From positions 32,860,001-32,924,000 of the forward strand of contig NC_043004.1 in the NCBI RefSeq assembly GCF_006345805.1: DNA of 64,000 bases, given 5' to 3'. This DNA comes from Octopus sinensis (taxonomy: Eukaryota). The notes under the pieces are model-generated. The model searched no databases. It was given only the letters and a program-made list of their open reading frames with translations, and was not told where the DNA came from. Below are positions 39,341-52,722 of this stretch, in pieces (positions within the stretch are counted from its first letter, which is position 1; each line of letters starts with the position of its first letter). Position numbers and translations under genes: made by a program.

Positions 39341-39934
39341 GCTGGCGTGCTCACGTTTCTGCCATCTCGCCGCCTTCTCATACGAATATATTGACTGATA
39401 CTGAACATATGACCAACTAACACCAGCCGTTTTATCGAAGCCTCCCTCTCTCCCCCCTCTCTGTCCCTCTCTCAACATGCATAAGTCTCTTACATCTATG
39501 AAAGCCGCCTTTCTGTATGTTCTTTCCAATATCACGCGTTTGTCACCGTCGTCACTAAACTGCAGTTACTATTTTTTTTATCGCAGAGAGACTAATTCAA
39601 TTGTTGTCATATATTTTTAAATCTGAGCTTTTTCTTTAAAAAATAAATAAATTTTGATTGCTAATTTCTTGAGATATCAATTCATTTTCGTTTATGAAAT
39701 TTTATTATAAATATAATTTGTTTTAATATTACTTTTCCATCGAAGCTGTACTTTTTTTTCTTGCTTTCTGTATTCCAATTTAGTGTTATACAATGCTTCT
39801 TTTAATATAGTATTATATATTTTTCGTGAAAAGCATTGCATAATATAGTATTTATCTGAGTTAAAACGATTAGGTATTAAGATAAAGTGTCGCTTTAAAG
39901 AAACACCTTTCGAAGCAGAGATAGTCCGCTCTAC

Positions 39935-40132
39935 TGTTGGGACAAGGACTGAAATTTGTGGGAGAATTTGTCGAACATCGACCCCTGTTCTCAACTAGTA
40001 ATTATTTTGTCGACCCCGAAAGGATAAAAAGTCAAAGTTGAGCTCGTTGACATTTGAACTCAGAACGTTAAGCCGGAAGAAATGCCGCTAAGTATTTTGC
40101 CCGGCGTGCTAACGATTCTGTTAGCTCGCCAT
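39935..40132 (-). mobile_element. SINE family B (tail type 2)
   Basis: Reverse complement of family B. Confidence 0.75.
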
Positions 40133-41198
40133 CCGAGGAAACAGAAATAAAGAGGACAGAAAATAAAAAAGAAGAGAACGCTAGATTTGGTTAACTTGGT
40201 TAAAAAAACAACAACAAAAACGACTGGAATAATTCTAAAGTTGCTTCAAATAGAAGAAATGTGTTGAAAGTTAAAGGATCTGAATAATTTTATAAAAATC
40301 ATCTCAGAATAATTAATATAAACAGAATAATTTGGGACTTTAGAAGCCGATTAAGATAGCACTGAATTAGAGGCATGCTGGAAACATTCTTGGGATTGTA
40401 AGATAAACGAGTTAGAAAGGAAACGCAATATTTGTAATGTCTTCAGCAGCATTGCCTTTGTAGATACCCAGCAAAGTAACAATGAAAGAAGGAAAGTAGA
40501 GGAACAAATAAAGAAATCAAAATAGCAGCGAAAGAAGACTCGAAACAAGAAGGAACCAGTAAACAACAAATGCAAAAAAAAAAAAAAAGAAATAACGTCG
40601 TGTGACGTAGCGTTGAATGAAACATATGTAAGTAAAGTTATATTCGATACGCTCAAGTGCGCTTGGACGTGAGAAACCCTTCGCTACTGATCTACTCCCT
40701 AGACAAAATTCTCCTCTTAGATATGTGTAAAAGAAAAAAAAAAAAGAAAACATTGATTGAAGATTGAAGAAGAGATAAAAATGAAACGTGCGCACGTCTA
40801 AGCGAAAAGAGAATTACGGTAACAAACGGAACGATCGAAGCTAAGTAATTTTGAGGATCCTTAGTTTTAACAATGAGATCTGAGACTTTATCTTAGAGTG
40901 GAAACCGTCATATATTTGCGAGGGTTCGTATACAGAGTTTCAAATATTCAAACAGCATGAAGACATCAATTGAATTATGTCGCTAAACTATTTCATATTT
41001 TATCTACGTGGTATTATAATTCAATTTTATATCTTATAAAAAATTTCTTTGCATGCATAGACAGATTTTCTAAAGGTTATATTTGTTTAATATAATTACT
41101 GTTATATCTTTATAAAACTTTGTTAACTGTTATGTTTTGAATAGCCTGTAAAAATATATTAGTTGCAACATGTGTTTATGCATTACGTATATATATGG

Positions 41199-41254
<56 letters not shown>

Positions 41255-41258
41255 GGAT

Positions 41259-41290
<32 letters not shown>

Positions 41291-41419
41291 GGATATACAC
41301 ACACAAACACACATATATGTGTGTATTTACAGACACACACAGCACTTATATACGCATACATACTCTCACACGCACAACACCCACATACACATATACATAT
41401 ATATCATATGTATATGTAC

Positions 41420-41486
<67 letters not shown>

Positions 41487-42781
41487 CATCTGTGTGCAGA
41501 TTACTAAAATTGTGTAGATTACTCAATCAAAATCTAATACAGTTCGATTTTCACACTTTGTTACAATTTTCACAACTACCTCCATGTTTATGAAGAAGCT
41601 GCATTAACAAACAACTAATACATTTCGCAAATGATAACTTCAGTCAAATGGTTGAATTTTCCCTTTAAATACCTTTTGGCAGGCTGACGCTTGCGAAACC
41701 TATTTTAACCAATCAGCGAACAGCTTGAATATGGCACATGGCGGCATCTACAACGCTTATTCATAAAAAAGATTTTAGCCCGTCAAAGTCATCAACAGAG
41801 GATTCAGCTACAGCCAAATCTTGGGGAAACATCTTATACTACAAACAGTAGTTCCGCCTTAAATATTTTTTTATGAAATTGAATTCAAATTGAACTTAAT
41901 ACTATTATTAATATAAGAACAGTTTCTAAGTAGAATTAAATGCAAAACACCATCAATATTATTCTTCATAGTAGAGACCATTGAGAATAGGTTTGAACTT
42001 CTCAGTAAATTTCTTTTCTCTTACACTTCTAAATCCACTTGAGTCATAAAAACATTCTATGACCGTATGTTTCTAAATGATTACTTAATGAGATTTCACT
42101 GACATAAGAGTTTCTCAACTGTTGCCGATGTACTCAGGCACGTTCTAGTAGTACGTTTCCTGTCTGACCAAGATATGTTTCTTTATAATTCGGACATTCG
42201 ATGCAGTAGATCAAATTTCTACTTTGACAGTTCACAATTGGAGTATTCTTTCGATTTTTACGTTGATATACTAACTAATATGTATGAACTGACATACACC
42301 ACAACAATTGTTAAGTGGGAATTTGGAAAGGATATCAAAATATTTGGCTAGATAAGAATTGTTCTTCTTGATGAGTTGAATTTTGATTTGTTTCTTATCG
42401 AAGATTTATCAGTTTTAATTATTTTTATCGATGAAAAAGTTGAACAATTGTTATTTTCGACAGAATTATAGGCTGGTCTCTAATATGTGACTTTTGGTGT
42501 AGGCATAAATTTCAGATCTTTTTCTGCAACTTTTGGCAAAGTTACATATATATGTATGTACATATAATTGACTCACCCAAATGCATACACACACTTACAC
42601 GCACATATATTGGACATAAATAATAGCATTCCAAAAATTTGTTTCTGGTTGCATGAACTTAATAACATGCATTTAACAAATTTAACATGTGGTTCCGAGT
42701 TAAAATTGTATTAAATATTATATATATATATATGTATGTATGTATGTATACACACACACACACACACGCACACACACACAT

Positions 42782-42813
<32 letters not shown>

Positions 42814-43326
42814 TATATATATATATATATATTTAGGTATGTATGTATTATGTGCATGTGTGCACATTCCTACATACATATTTTTTACGTGTATTCTTTA
42901 TATGATATCAGAATATTTTTCCTCGAAGTTAGTCAATAATTTGCGAAACACCATATATTTTTGTATGTCCCTCTTTATATATTTGAAATATATAATAAAG
43001 ATATAATTTAATGTATGTTTTTCTTCCTGTTTTTTTTCTTTTCTTTTGTGAAACACACTGTAACTCCCTTTTACCTTGTATTGATATTAGTCGTCCTTTT
43101 CGGGATGCGAAAATATTTACTAAATCTCAATCTTGATACACATAGGAAACTGTCTTCTGATTGTTGTGTTCCTATTTCATTTTCGGTCATATTAACTTTA
43201 AGAAAAGAAATTGTAAAACGTACGCAACAAAATGGATTTTCGTTCATATATATACATACATATATATATATATATACATGTGAGTGTGTTTGTGTGTGAA
43301 AGAGAGAGAGACAGAGTGTGTGTGTG

Positions 43327-43368
<42 letters not shown>

Positions 43369-43891
43369 ACTCTGTGTTAATGAAACTTTTGCATGAAAGA
43401 AATTTGAAAAGAATAGCTACAGAGCGCTATCGTGGCTTCTAGAATTCCTAACAGCAGTATGATATTTTTCTTTAATTTCCCAATCGTTTAGAATTCAGAT
43501 TTACATCCTTTCAATTGTCTCATTTTTACGTGTTACGATATTGATGTAAATTTCGAGTTATAACGAAATAAATTTGCAGGGTTGATCTTTATCTTCGTTC
43601 CAGGCAAGAAGGAAAATTCGTTTTATGATTGTAGACACCCTGAAGAGTTATAGATTTTAGAGATACATATCACAAATGCAAAGGAATAAAAATCAAATAT
43701 ATTTTCCCATATACAATGCATTAAGGTAAATATGAACCTAATGGATAGTGTTAAATAGACTGCTAATAGCTCTAAAGATGAAAAGAAGGAGAGTAAAGTT
43801 ACACTTAGTTCCACAAATTCTTTTAAAATTAAGCTACAACAACCACACTCATACATTTAGAAACCTACATAGAAAATATGAACTGTCGACA

Positions 43892-44305
43892 TAGGCGCAG
43901 GAGTGGCTGTGTGGTAAGTAGCTTGCTTACCAACCACATGGTTCCGGGTTCAGTCCCACTGCGTGGCATCTTGGGCAAGTGTCTTCTGCTATAGCCCCGG
44001 GCCGACCAATGCCTTGTGAGTGGATTTGGTAGACGGAAACTGAAAGAAGCCTGTCGTATATATGTATATATATATATATGTATGTGTGTGTATGTGTTTG
44101 TGTGTCTGTGTTTGTCCCCCTAACATTGCTTGACAAGCAATGCTGGTGTGTTTACGTTCCCGTCACTTAGCGGTTCGGCAAAAGAGACCGATAGAATAAG
44201 TACTGGGCTTACAAAGAATAAGTCCTGGGGTCGATTTGCTCGACTAAAGGCGGTGCTCCAGCATGTCCAGAGTCAGATGACTGAAACAAGTAAAAGAAAA
44301 AGAAA
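43892..44305 (+). mobile_element. SINE family A, full length
   Basis: Complete head, core and tail. Confidence 0.92.
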
Positions 44306-45394
44306 AGATAAAATATATTCGAGAGTTAAAGGTGAAGAACACTAACTACAGTCTCAAAGGGAAAATAATATCCTTAGTGAAGTTCTATAATGGTAATAAA
44401 AACCTCGCAATTTTTGCTTGAAACACAGCCCTTCTACTTGCTACGAGTAATCTGCTAAATTCTGCTTATTGGGTGGACATCTTTGTATCGTATATTTTAG
44501 CTGTGCTCTTTCTTCTCTCCGATATTGCATTAACGCTTCAACTACCTTTTTCTAGTTACTTTTTTTTATTTTTATTGTACTTTACACCCAGAACTCTGAA
44601 TTTTCGACACATAATTTTAGTACCTGTTCTTTTCAGGGCACAACAAATAATTCTAAATACTTCTCATTGTTGACCACTATTTCTTAATAGTTTATGACAT
44701 TCCCTCTTCTTTAGTTAATTTCATTTCACTAATTTTTGTTGTTCTCAGAAACTCAATTTTCTCAACTGTTAATTTACACCTACCATAAACCCCACATTTG
44801 TAAACTTACTTTGCAGTCTTCTTTGCCCAAGTTTTCCGTGGATTTTACCCACTTGTCCACCTCAATTCTCCACTGCTGCAGACCTCTGACACTTAACTAA
44901 TTATCTTAATTAGTATGTGCAATTCCCGTCCCTCACCAGTGACTTATCAATATATATATATTTTTTTACATCTATTTCTTCCTTTATAAATTTATAATCT
45001 CCGGAAATTTTATGTATTTACCTCAAACTTTTCTTACGAACTATTTTACAAAGAAATAAATAACTACCAATTTCTTCCCCATGTTTCTCCCATATTTTTC
45101 CATTTCCTTCCTTCATACATTTTCATCTGTTTTTCCTCTGCTGTCAATAACAATAAACTCTTCTATCATTCATTATGATAGAAAACTTCTTAATCTTATT
45201 TACTCATTTTTAGAAAAACTTCTAAATCGTCATTTCCATGCTGAACTATAAATGTTTATTCTCGTTCATTTGATGATCTCGTATCGAGCGAAACATATGA
45301 CTATCTGTAAACAATCACCTGTGCTTGTGTGTATGTGTGTGTGTGTGTGTGTGTGTGAGTCTACTACTTAACTGCTTGATGGATTAAGTCATTA

Positions 45395-45625
45395 GGGCGC
45401 GCTTGCAGAATCGTTAGCACGCCGGACGAAATGCTTAGCGGTATTTCGTCTGTCGTTACGTTCTGAGTTCGAATTCCGCCGAGATCGACTTTGCCTTTCA
45501 TCCTTTCGAGGTCGATAAATTAAGTAGCAGTTACGCACTGGGGTCGATGTTATCGACCTAATCCCTTTGTCTGTCCTTGTTTGTCCTCTCTATGTTTAGC
45601 TCCTTGTGGGCAATAAAGAAATAAG
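45395..45625 (+). mobile_element. SINE family B (tail type 1)
   Basis: gcagaatcgttagcacgccggacgaaatgcttagcgg...gttcgaattcc (B box)...tccttgtgggcaataaagaaataag. Confidence 0.88.
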
Positions 45626-45784
45626 ATATTAAATGTCTCATCCATTCGTTTATGCGTACGATAAAACACCAATACCAAGATATACCCTTTTGTAGGGAAT
45701 TCGACACCTTATTCAATAAAACAAATATGAACCTCAAATAAATAAATGCTTATCTGTTAACTTGCTTTTTCTTTCTTTTCAAAG

Positions 45785-45992
45785 GCTCAAAATATCATCA
45801 ACAAAGGCCTAGCCGGGGCGTTTATCTGGTCCCTGGAGATGGATGACTTCACTGGTTCATGCGGACAAGGTAGATTTCCGCTGACGAACAAAATCAGTAA
45901 CATTTTGCTGTCATCTGACGTTGATTACGAGTATCCAGATGACGTTCAACCACCAAATACCATTTTAGAATTTACAACAAGGGCGGCAAGAG
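45785..45992 (+). CDS. Chitinase exon 9: AQNIINKGLAGAFIWSLEMDDFTGSCGQGRFPLTNKISNILLSSDVDYEYPDDVQPPNTILEFTTRAAR(V)
   Basis: Acceptor ctttttctttcttttcaaag, donor AG|GTAGGA, GL.GA..WSL..DDF.G.CG.G.FPL motif followed by a linker. Confidence 0.94.
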
Positions 45993-46546
45993 GTAGGAGT
46001 CTGAGTTTCTTTTCTTGATATTATTTAATTACAAGATGGTGAACTGGCAGTATCTTTAGAGCGTTGGAAAAGATAATTTGTAGTATTTATTTCGACTTTC
46101 TACGTTCCCAGTTCAAATCCTTCCAGCACCAACTTTGCTTCTCGTACATTTGGGGGTCGATAAAATAAACTACCAATCAAACAGTGGGACCAAAGCTATC
46201 GACCAAACCCCTTGTTCTCATGAATTGCTGATCTTGTACCCATTAGTTATAGGCAAAAGTAAAAAGGTAGGAGTAAATATTGATGAACGGATCTTGGGGC
46301 CCAATTCTGATTTACGTATGTTGTGTCTGGCTGCCAATAAACAAATATTTCAGGGGCCAGTGCACTGATTTGTCCGCGAGCTTTATAAAGCTCGCGGACC
46401 TGTTTTAAACTGACATGTTTTAAAGCAATAGAGTTCACCAATATTTGGCAATTTCGTTGCCTTACGGTGCTCGCTTCAATTTCCTGTTTGAGAAGAGTTA
46501 TTTCTGATAGATTAACATTTTATCCAGAGTGAATATTTGTCTATAA

Positions 46547-46760
46547 AGGCGGCGAGCTTGCAGAAACATTAGCGTGCCGGGCGAAATGCTTAGCGGTATT
46601 TCGTCTATCTTTACGTTCTGAGTTCAAATTCCGCCGAAGTCGACTTTGCCTTTCATCCTTTCGGGATCGATAAATTAAGCACCATTTGCGTATTGAGGTC
46701 GACTTAATCGACTGGTCTCTTCTCCCAAAATTGCGGGCCTTGTGCCAAGAGTAGAAGAGT
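46547..46760 (+). mobile_element. SINE family B (tail type 2)
   Basis: ggcggcgagcttgcagaaac...gcgggccttgtgccaagagtagaa. Confidence 0.88.
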
Positions 46761-47294
46761 ATATTTGTCTTTAACATATTATTTATACATGTTCAATAGA
46801 ACAACTGGAAGACTGTAGCATCGTTATAAAATTTCAACAATACAACAATACAATAACCGATTCAGTTATTTTTGACGGCGATAACGACAAGGGAGGGTTT
46901 GTAAGTCGGTCCAGAACAAATATTGCAAAGAACTTCACATGAAGAGGAACAGCTTTTCATTGTTGGTTACAGTATGAGCTAAAATTCGTCAGTAACGGAG
47001 ACACATACACCCCTCCCCCACAAACAGACACAGACACAGAAACACACACATACACACACGCATGCCGAGCACGCACGCACACACACAATCTTACACTTCC
47101 ATACGGTTTCAGATTACCAAGTTCCACTCAAAAGGTGCCAGACAATGGTATCAAACCAGGACTCATGCACTTAATGACATATCGAACGCAGAAGAGCACC
47201 AACCTAGTCAACCGCAAAGTTTCATGAAATGGAATAACAATCCTAAGGGAACAAAAGATCACTTAGTTATCAGGGCACCGGCATAGGAGACCCA

Positions 47295-47337
<43 letters not shown>

Positions 47338-47466
47338 ATATATATACTTTATTTAAAAGCAGCTTTTGCTATATTTCTGCTGCTTTTAAATAAAGCATAT
47401 TACTCTATCTCTGGTATTTGAGTACTCTTTTTTCTACCTTGTTTCACATTTATGTGCTTACTCCGG

Positions 47467-47517
<51 letters not shown>

Positions 47518-48408
47518 CTAGAGGGTATAAAAAAACCCCGGAATTTTGCAATATTATTTTATTCACTTAGTTTTACATGTTTACTCTTTTACCGCCTTCA
47601 GCGTATTCTTCATTTGAAGCAATGCATCGGTCCAGGCACGTTTTCCACTATTGGAAACAGTGATGGAACTCTTGCAAAGTGATACCTTTTAACGCCCCCG
47701 TCGTTTTTTCTTCATCTCTTCCACATCTGCAAATTCCGCAGCACCAGCTTTCGTCACCACTGATGACCTTCAAAAATGGTCCGGATCAACTTCCAACTGT
47801 TCTTTCAGTTCATGGCACGCATTCAGTCGTCACTGCTTTTGATCCTCCGCGAGCAAGCTAGGCACAAATTTTGCTGCAACTCCTTTCATTCGTAATTCCT
47901 CGCTCAAAACTTATTGGCAGGAGCTCCAGGACATACCTGTCATATCAACAAGTTTGTTAATTTTTCAGTGACGGTCCTCCAAGATCAGTTCATGAATTTT
48001 CGTGTCGGGAGGTCGACGGTCGTCCTGAACGAAGTTGGTCCTCAAGTGACTAGTGACCATTCCTAAAACATGAAACCCACTCGTAACCTTGTATTTTACT
48101 CATGGCAGCAGCCTTGTAAGTAGTTTGAAGCATGACAACTGTTTCGGTCGCCATTTTTGCCAGGAGAAAACAGGATTTTACGGAAGCACGCTGTTCCTTA
48201 GTTTCAGCCATCGCAAAAATCGATGAACACTGGGAATAGCACTGCAAAACAAAGATGCAACACGTGGCAGTATGACCTCACTGGGCAACACCAGTTGACA
48301 GACTGATGCCTGAGGTTCGCACCAAGTGGCTTCTAGCGGTGAGAGCCTGAACCACGAAGGGTTTGTCTCACAGAGAAAGTTTCCGGTTACTTTTGGGTAC
48401 CATCATGT
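47518..48408 (-). mobile_element. Internally deleted, decayed mariner transposon
   Basis: Minus-strand peptide KEQRASVKSCFLLAKMATETVVMLQTTYKAAAMSKIQGYEWVSCFRNG matches the mariner N-terminal HTH region; relic VISGDESW and DRCIAS..EY motifs; degenerate TIRs. Confidence 0.8.
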
Positions 48409-48549
48409 TACTACCTAACATTGTTACCGTTGTTAGTAAAATGGCTAAACGTGCAAGAACATTGCAAAGCCAACTCTTATAAGAACGACTCAAAAGTGCA
48501 ATTCACATCGACATTAGAGTGGAAGGACTCGCTTGCACCTCTAAATGTA

Positions 48550-48797
48550 CAGGGTGTCCAAAAAGTCTCTCCGCAAGTGAATTTTTTTTTCATTCTGACT
48601 CTCCAAGATATATTTCAAAACATGTGTAGAAGAGTCAGCTTGTGTATTGAAAATGAAAGACGACACTTTTCGACACCTCTTATAAAGTTTTAAAGTCTTG
48701 TAAAGTCTAATATATTCTTTTGTAGTCTTATACCATTTTATAAGTGTTTATTTTGCAATAAAATACTTACTGGCGCAGAGACTTTTTGAACATCCTG
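48550..48797 (+). mobile_element. Tc1/IS630-type MITE
   Basis: TIRs cagggtgtccaaaaagtctct / agagactttttgaacatcctg; relic C-terminus FQNMCRRVSLCIENE.RHF.HLL*. Confidence 0.75.
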
Positions 48798-50131
48798 TTG
48801 ATTCTCTGCGGAGTCCAGGCAAAGCATCGTAGCAAGCTGTATAATTCGGAGTTCTTAACAATTTTCCCAACTTCCCACCAGCAAAAATATTGGCAAACTG
48901 AGGAAAGAAATATATTTTGACCTTTTCTTATATATCACTGAATGCGTTTGAAGATGTGGGTAAACGGACAACAGAATGCGGCACATTTATCAAAGCTAAA
49001 ATAATGCTGAACACCATTTGTCCGAAGTTATTCATAATTGTCTGTGAAACGGTCGCCACTTCCCTTTATATGAAAGAGACCATGCCACTAGTTAGATGGT
49101 GACAGCGTCTACGAAAGAGTATCTTATGCATGAAAGAGTATTATTGTCTCTCAAACAGTAGCCACTTCATTAGATGTGAAAAATAACTGTTATTAGTGAA
49201 AGCTTTCTTAGACTTCATAATAGCGAAAGGCAGGAAGATTGCAATTTTGGTGATTTCGTCGATTTTAGGAATTTATTATTGTTTTTGAGAGAATACATTG
49301 ATGTAATTCCTGGGTATTTATTTAAAGGCCGAGATCTGTAAGTTAACAAAATCCTAATTTAGTATTCGGTTCTATTGCTCAAACTTACCAGCGTGAAGTA
49401 TTTATAACATGCGGGGCTAGTAGTCAAAAAGAATTATTGATCTTGATTAAGAGAATACATCTCTTTGGCTCCCGGGCCAACAATCCTACACCTTTCCAAA
49501 TAGTTTTTCATAACCTTATCATAAAAATATAAAACGCACAAATAAGATTACACACACATATGCATGGAAGAATGTTGGTTATTAATTTCATAGTGATTTT
49601 GTTTTTTAGAAGATGCAATATGTTCGAATAGATTAACTTAGGCTTCTGCTAAATATTTTTTTTCTATTTCTGTTTCTTCTGATATTGTACCAATTCACTT
49701 AAATATTGGGAATAGGTACCAGATTGTCTAGAAAATAAAACTGAATAAGTATGGTCAGCCATTGATCACTAAAAGGTCAAACTTCAGCAATTCTTTCGCT
49801 GTATTTTATTAATCAAGAGATTATTCAGCTTACTGGATACTTTGCAAATGTCAGCAATACCAACGGATTAAGTTTTCCACTACATACTTTATGAATGTAA
49901 AGAAAATTGTGTAAGATTTATGTCCAAAAACATAGTTTAGTCAGAAACACTGCTTCCCTTATATTCGTCTGTGTAGCTGAAATATCGATTTCTCTTGAGC
50001 GCTACACATATGCCAGATTCCACCCGTTGAAAGATACCCAAGATACAAAAATGATATTACTATTACAATTTTATTTAAAAGAAAATTTTTGTTTTTCTTC
50101 TCTGCTTAAGATTTTGTTTCTAATTTTTCAG

Positions 50132-50307
50132 TCAACAATGTAGATTGTACAAAAGCCCCTCGGAAACGTTTAGCAGACCCGAGATCCTGTAGGCACTACA
50201 TACTGTGTCTGCCCAGCAACCAGGCCATAAGAATGAAATGTCCAAAAGGAACACGCTTTGATCGAAGTATTAGTATGTGCACTTATTACCGTGGTGCAAC
50301 CTGCTAA
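50132..50307 (+). CDS. Chitinase exon 10, CBM14 (peritrophin-A) chitin-binding domain: NNVDCTKAPRKRLADPRSCRHYILCLPSNQAIRMKCPKGTRFDRSISMCTYYRGATC*
   Basis: Acceptor taatttttcag; six cysteines in CBM14 spacing with ADP..C..Y..C and CP.G..FD motifs; TAA at 50305-50307. Confidence 0.93.
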
Positions 50308-50712
50308 TATAAACAAGTATAAATAATTGGCAAAACATATCGAGAAGATTTCATTTTATTTTTGTCGCTGTGAATTTGAATAACGACAAAAAGAAACAAG
50401 CCTTGAACAATACTTAAATGCTTCTCTTTAAATTAACAACAAACTGTCACATTGTAACATCTGTGGAATTAGTCTGTCAAATAGGATTGGCTGGATTTAA
50501 TCAATACTAGACTCGAAACTGCTCGCTTTGATACATTTTAAAATATGTAACTGATGACTCCTCGATAAAGAGTTACATCATATACAACTGCTGCAACAAT
50601 CAATATGACCAATCAAGTTTTGTAAGGTATTTTTTTTTTGCTGATTGTTATCTGGTCAAGAATTCAGATAATTCCATACAATATTTCTATTAAAACAAAA
50701 TATGTATTTTGT

Positions 50713-50727
50713 AATAAACCAAATAAA
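50713..50727 (+). terminator. Candidate polyadenylation signals of the chitinase (two AATAAA)
   Basis: AATAAA at 50713-50718 and 50722-50727, about 400 nt after the stop. The hexamer is common in AT-rich DNA, so this is tentative. Confidence 0.35.
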
Positions 50728-51121
50728 ACAAATATGAAAAAATCAAAATGTGACCAAATAAGCGCTTCTGGTTTTGAATAACATTTAAAAACCGTTCCAT
50801 GAAAGACGGCGAAGTGTCTCAACAATTATTAATCTTTTTTAAATCTAAGTAAACTCAATAAACTAAAGACAAAGAAAAATCATTTGAAAATCGTTGCAGG
50901 TTCGAATTTATTTTGTATCTCTTTTAAAATGAAGACAGGAAAAATTTAGCTGCGTAGTTGCAACAAACTATAAATTTAGTTTATAGTTTGGTTGTAGTCA
51001 AACATTTTATATTCCAGATTCTCAAAAGAATGCTAAACATATCCCCATAGCCTCTTCGCCAGACTCTCAAAGTCATCACCTGCCATGTTAAAATGCTAAC
51101 ATTTTGGTTTTTACTTTAAGG

Positions 51122-51250
51122 TGCGGTCGACTTTTTCTTTTATACTTTCGGGGTCAATAAAGGAAGTACCACTTAAGTAGTGGGTCGATGTAATAGACTT
51201 ACACTCTCCCAAGCAATTGCTGGCTTTGTGCCAAAATTTGAAATCAATAT
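51122..51250 (+). mobile_element. SINE family B fragment
   Basis: gtcgacttttt..ctttcggggtcaataaa...gtgccaaaatttgaaatc. Confidence 0.65.
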
Positions 51251-52722
51251 TTTGGTTTTACTTTGCAAACAAAGAACAAGGAACAACAGCAATGAACATC
51301 TTGAGCATTTTGTCATTTATTCATAGCAATACAAGAGATCGAGTCCTATGCCTCCTATAATTCCGGAGTGGTTAGAGGAACGTGTGTGATTAGGTAATGA
51401 ATTAGGTGTTCAAATCCAGTTAGAGAAGAGTTTTTTCTTATTTCTGATAAATGACAGTAGGTTGTTGAGTCACAATATCACAAATTGGTGGAAAAGGCGG
51501 AAAGAAATGGTTGATTGATGAATATTATATCTTTCGTCATTGCGAAACGAAATTCTTAACCAAACGATCATCATGCCTGTGGCTGTGCATTCATCTTTGA
51601 CGATATGCATCTCAACACAGGATTCTTTCTGAAACTGCAGCTAAATAATATTAGTTTAAATAAAAAAAAAACAAAAACAAAGATCATGATGCTTTTTTTG
51701 TAGATATTTGTCCTTTTTCGTTTGTAGGAACTGGATAGTATTGTAACAGAGTCTGGATGATGTGACAAAAACTCTACAGGCTGGAATTTACTGTCAGACA
51801 ATGGTGATTTTTGTATGTCTAAACGGGCTTTCCTTTGAAATCTTTCATTTTGTTCTGCCAGCGTTATGTGGATGTGATCTGAGTGTTGGCTATGATGTCG
51901 CGACATGTGTGTTGTTGAACAATAGAGAATATAGCTTGGAAATAATAAAAAAAAGAAATGTATTCCTTATTTTTGCTCAGCTCCGTCAATTCAGAGAAGA
52001 TGAAGGAGTGTGTGACATTGAAGAGGGGATAAGTGTGAATACCTTACCGATATCGAAACCGGTATCCTTGGGAATTCAACTGTATGACGGTTACCACAAG
52101 TTAACCGATATAAAAGTAAACAATAATAAATAATAGATCAATATCAGATAATCACTTTCTTTAGATTAACTGTAGCTTTTAAATATTTTAAAATAATTAT
52201 TCATTATTTAGTTGACAACCCTTCAACACTTTTTACAAATTATATAATTTCGATTTTTCTTCTTATATCAGCTAAAACATCAACATTAAGAATTAACGCC
52301 AAATATATTTCCTTTGCAAATTGCGACATAATTATGCAGAAATTTATGATCATATTTAAAACAACCCAAAGCTGATTAATTTTCTGCACGTTTCCAGAAA
52401 TATTTTTGAAATTGGGATTCTACCCGGCAAAACTCTCTCAGAAGAAGACCTGGAATGCTACATCAGTAGTTGTTTAAAATATGATTACTAACGCACTTTC
52501 CGAGAGAAAAAAAAAGTGGGGCTGAGTCAACAGCGTAGAGACCAGTGACTGAAGAGGTTGGCGGTTCGTATCTAGTAACCATCACTGCATTGTGTTCACA
52601 GCTAGGGTATTCTAGTTTCGAATCCCAGTTACTCTCTTGTTCTCAATGTGTATCAGCGGATTGACCCCATTTGCTAAATCCAGTAAACAACAAGAGCACA
52701 GTTATTTTAGTATTTTTTTTTT

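Larger units (their letters stand above)
8554..50307 (+). other. Secreted GH18 chitinase gene with C-terminal CBM14: join(8554-8608,12911-13093,14903-15065,19453-19546,20255-20379,29681-29807,33988-34173,37828-37950,45785-45992,50132-50307), 479 aa
   Basis: Exon lengths 55+183+163+94+125+127+186+123+208+176 = 1440 nt give one open frame ending in TAA. Intron phases 1,1,2,0,2,0,0,0,1 are all compatible. GH18 motifs occur in the expected order: [30 protein letters not shown], MTYxxHG, KLIIGIPTYG, LSYYEIC, VPYAY..QWVG, GAFIWSLEMDDF. Confidence 0.95.

Noticed and set aside
982-44345. Dozens of ORFs rich in YI/HT/CV/YVCM or homopolymers
   Set aside because: They are translations of (TA)n, (CA)n, (TACA)n, (GAT)n and (TAC)n microsatellites or of SINE bodies, with no protein-like content.
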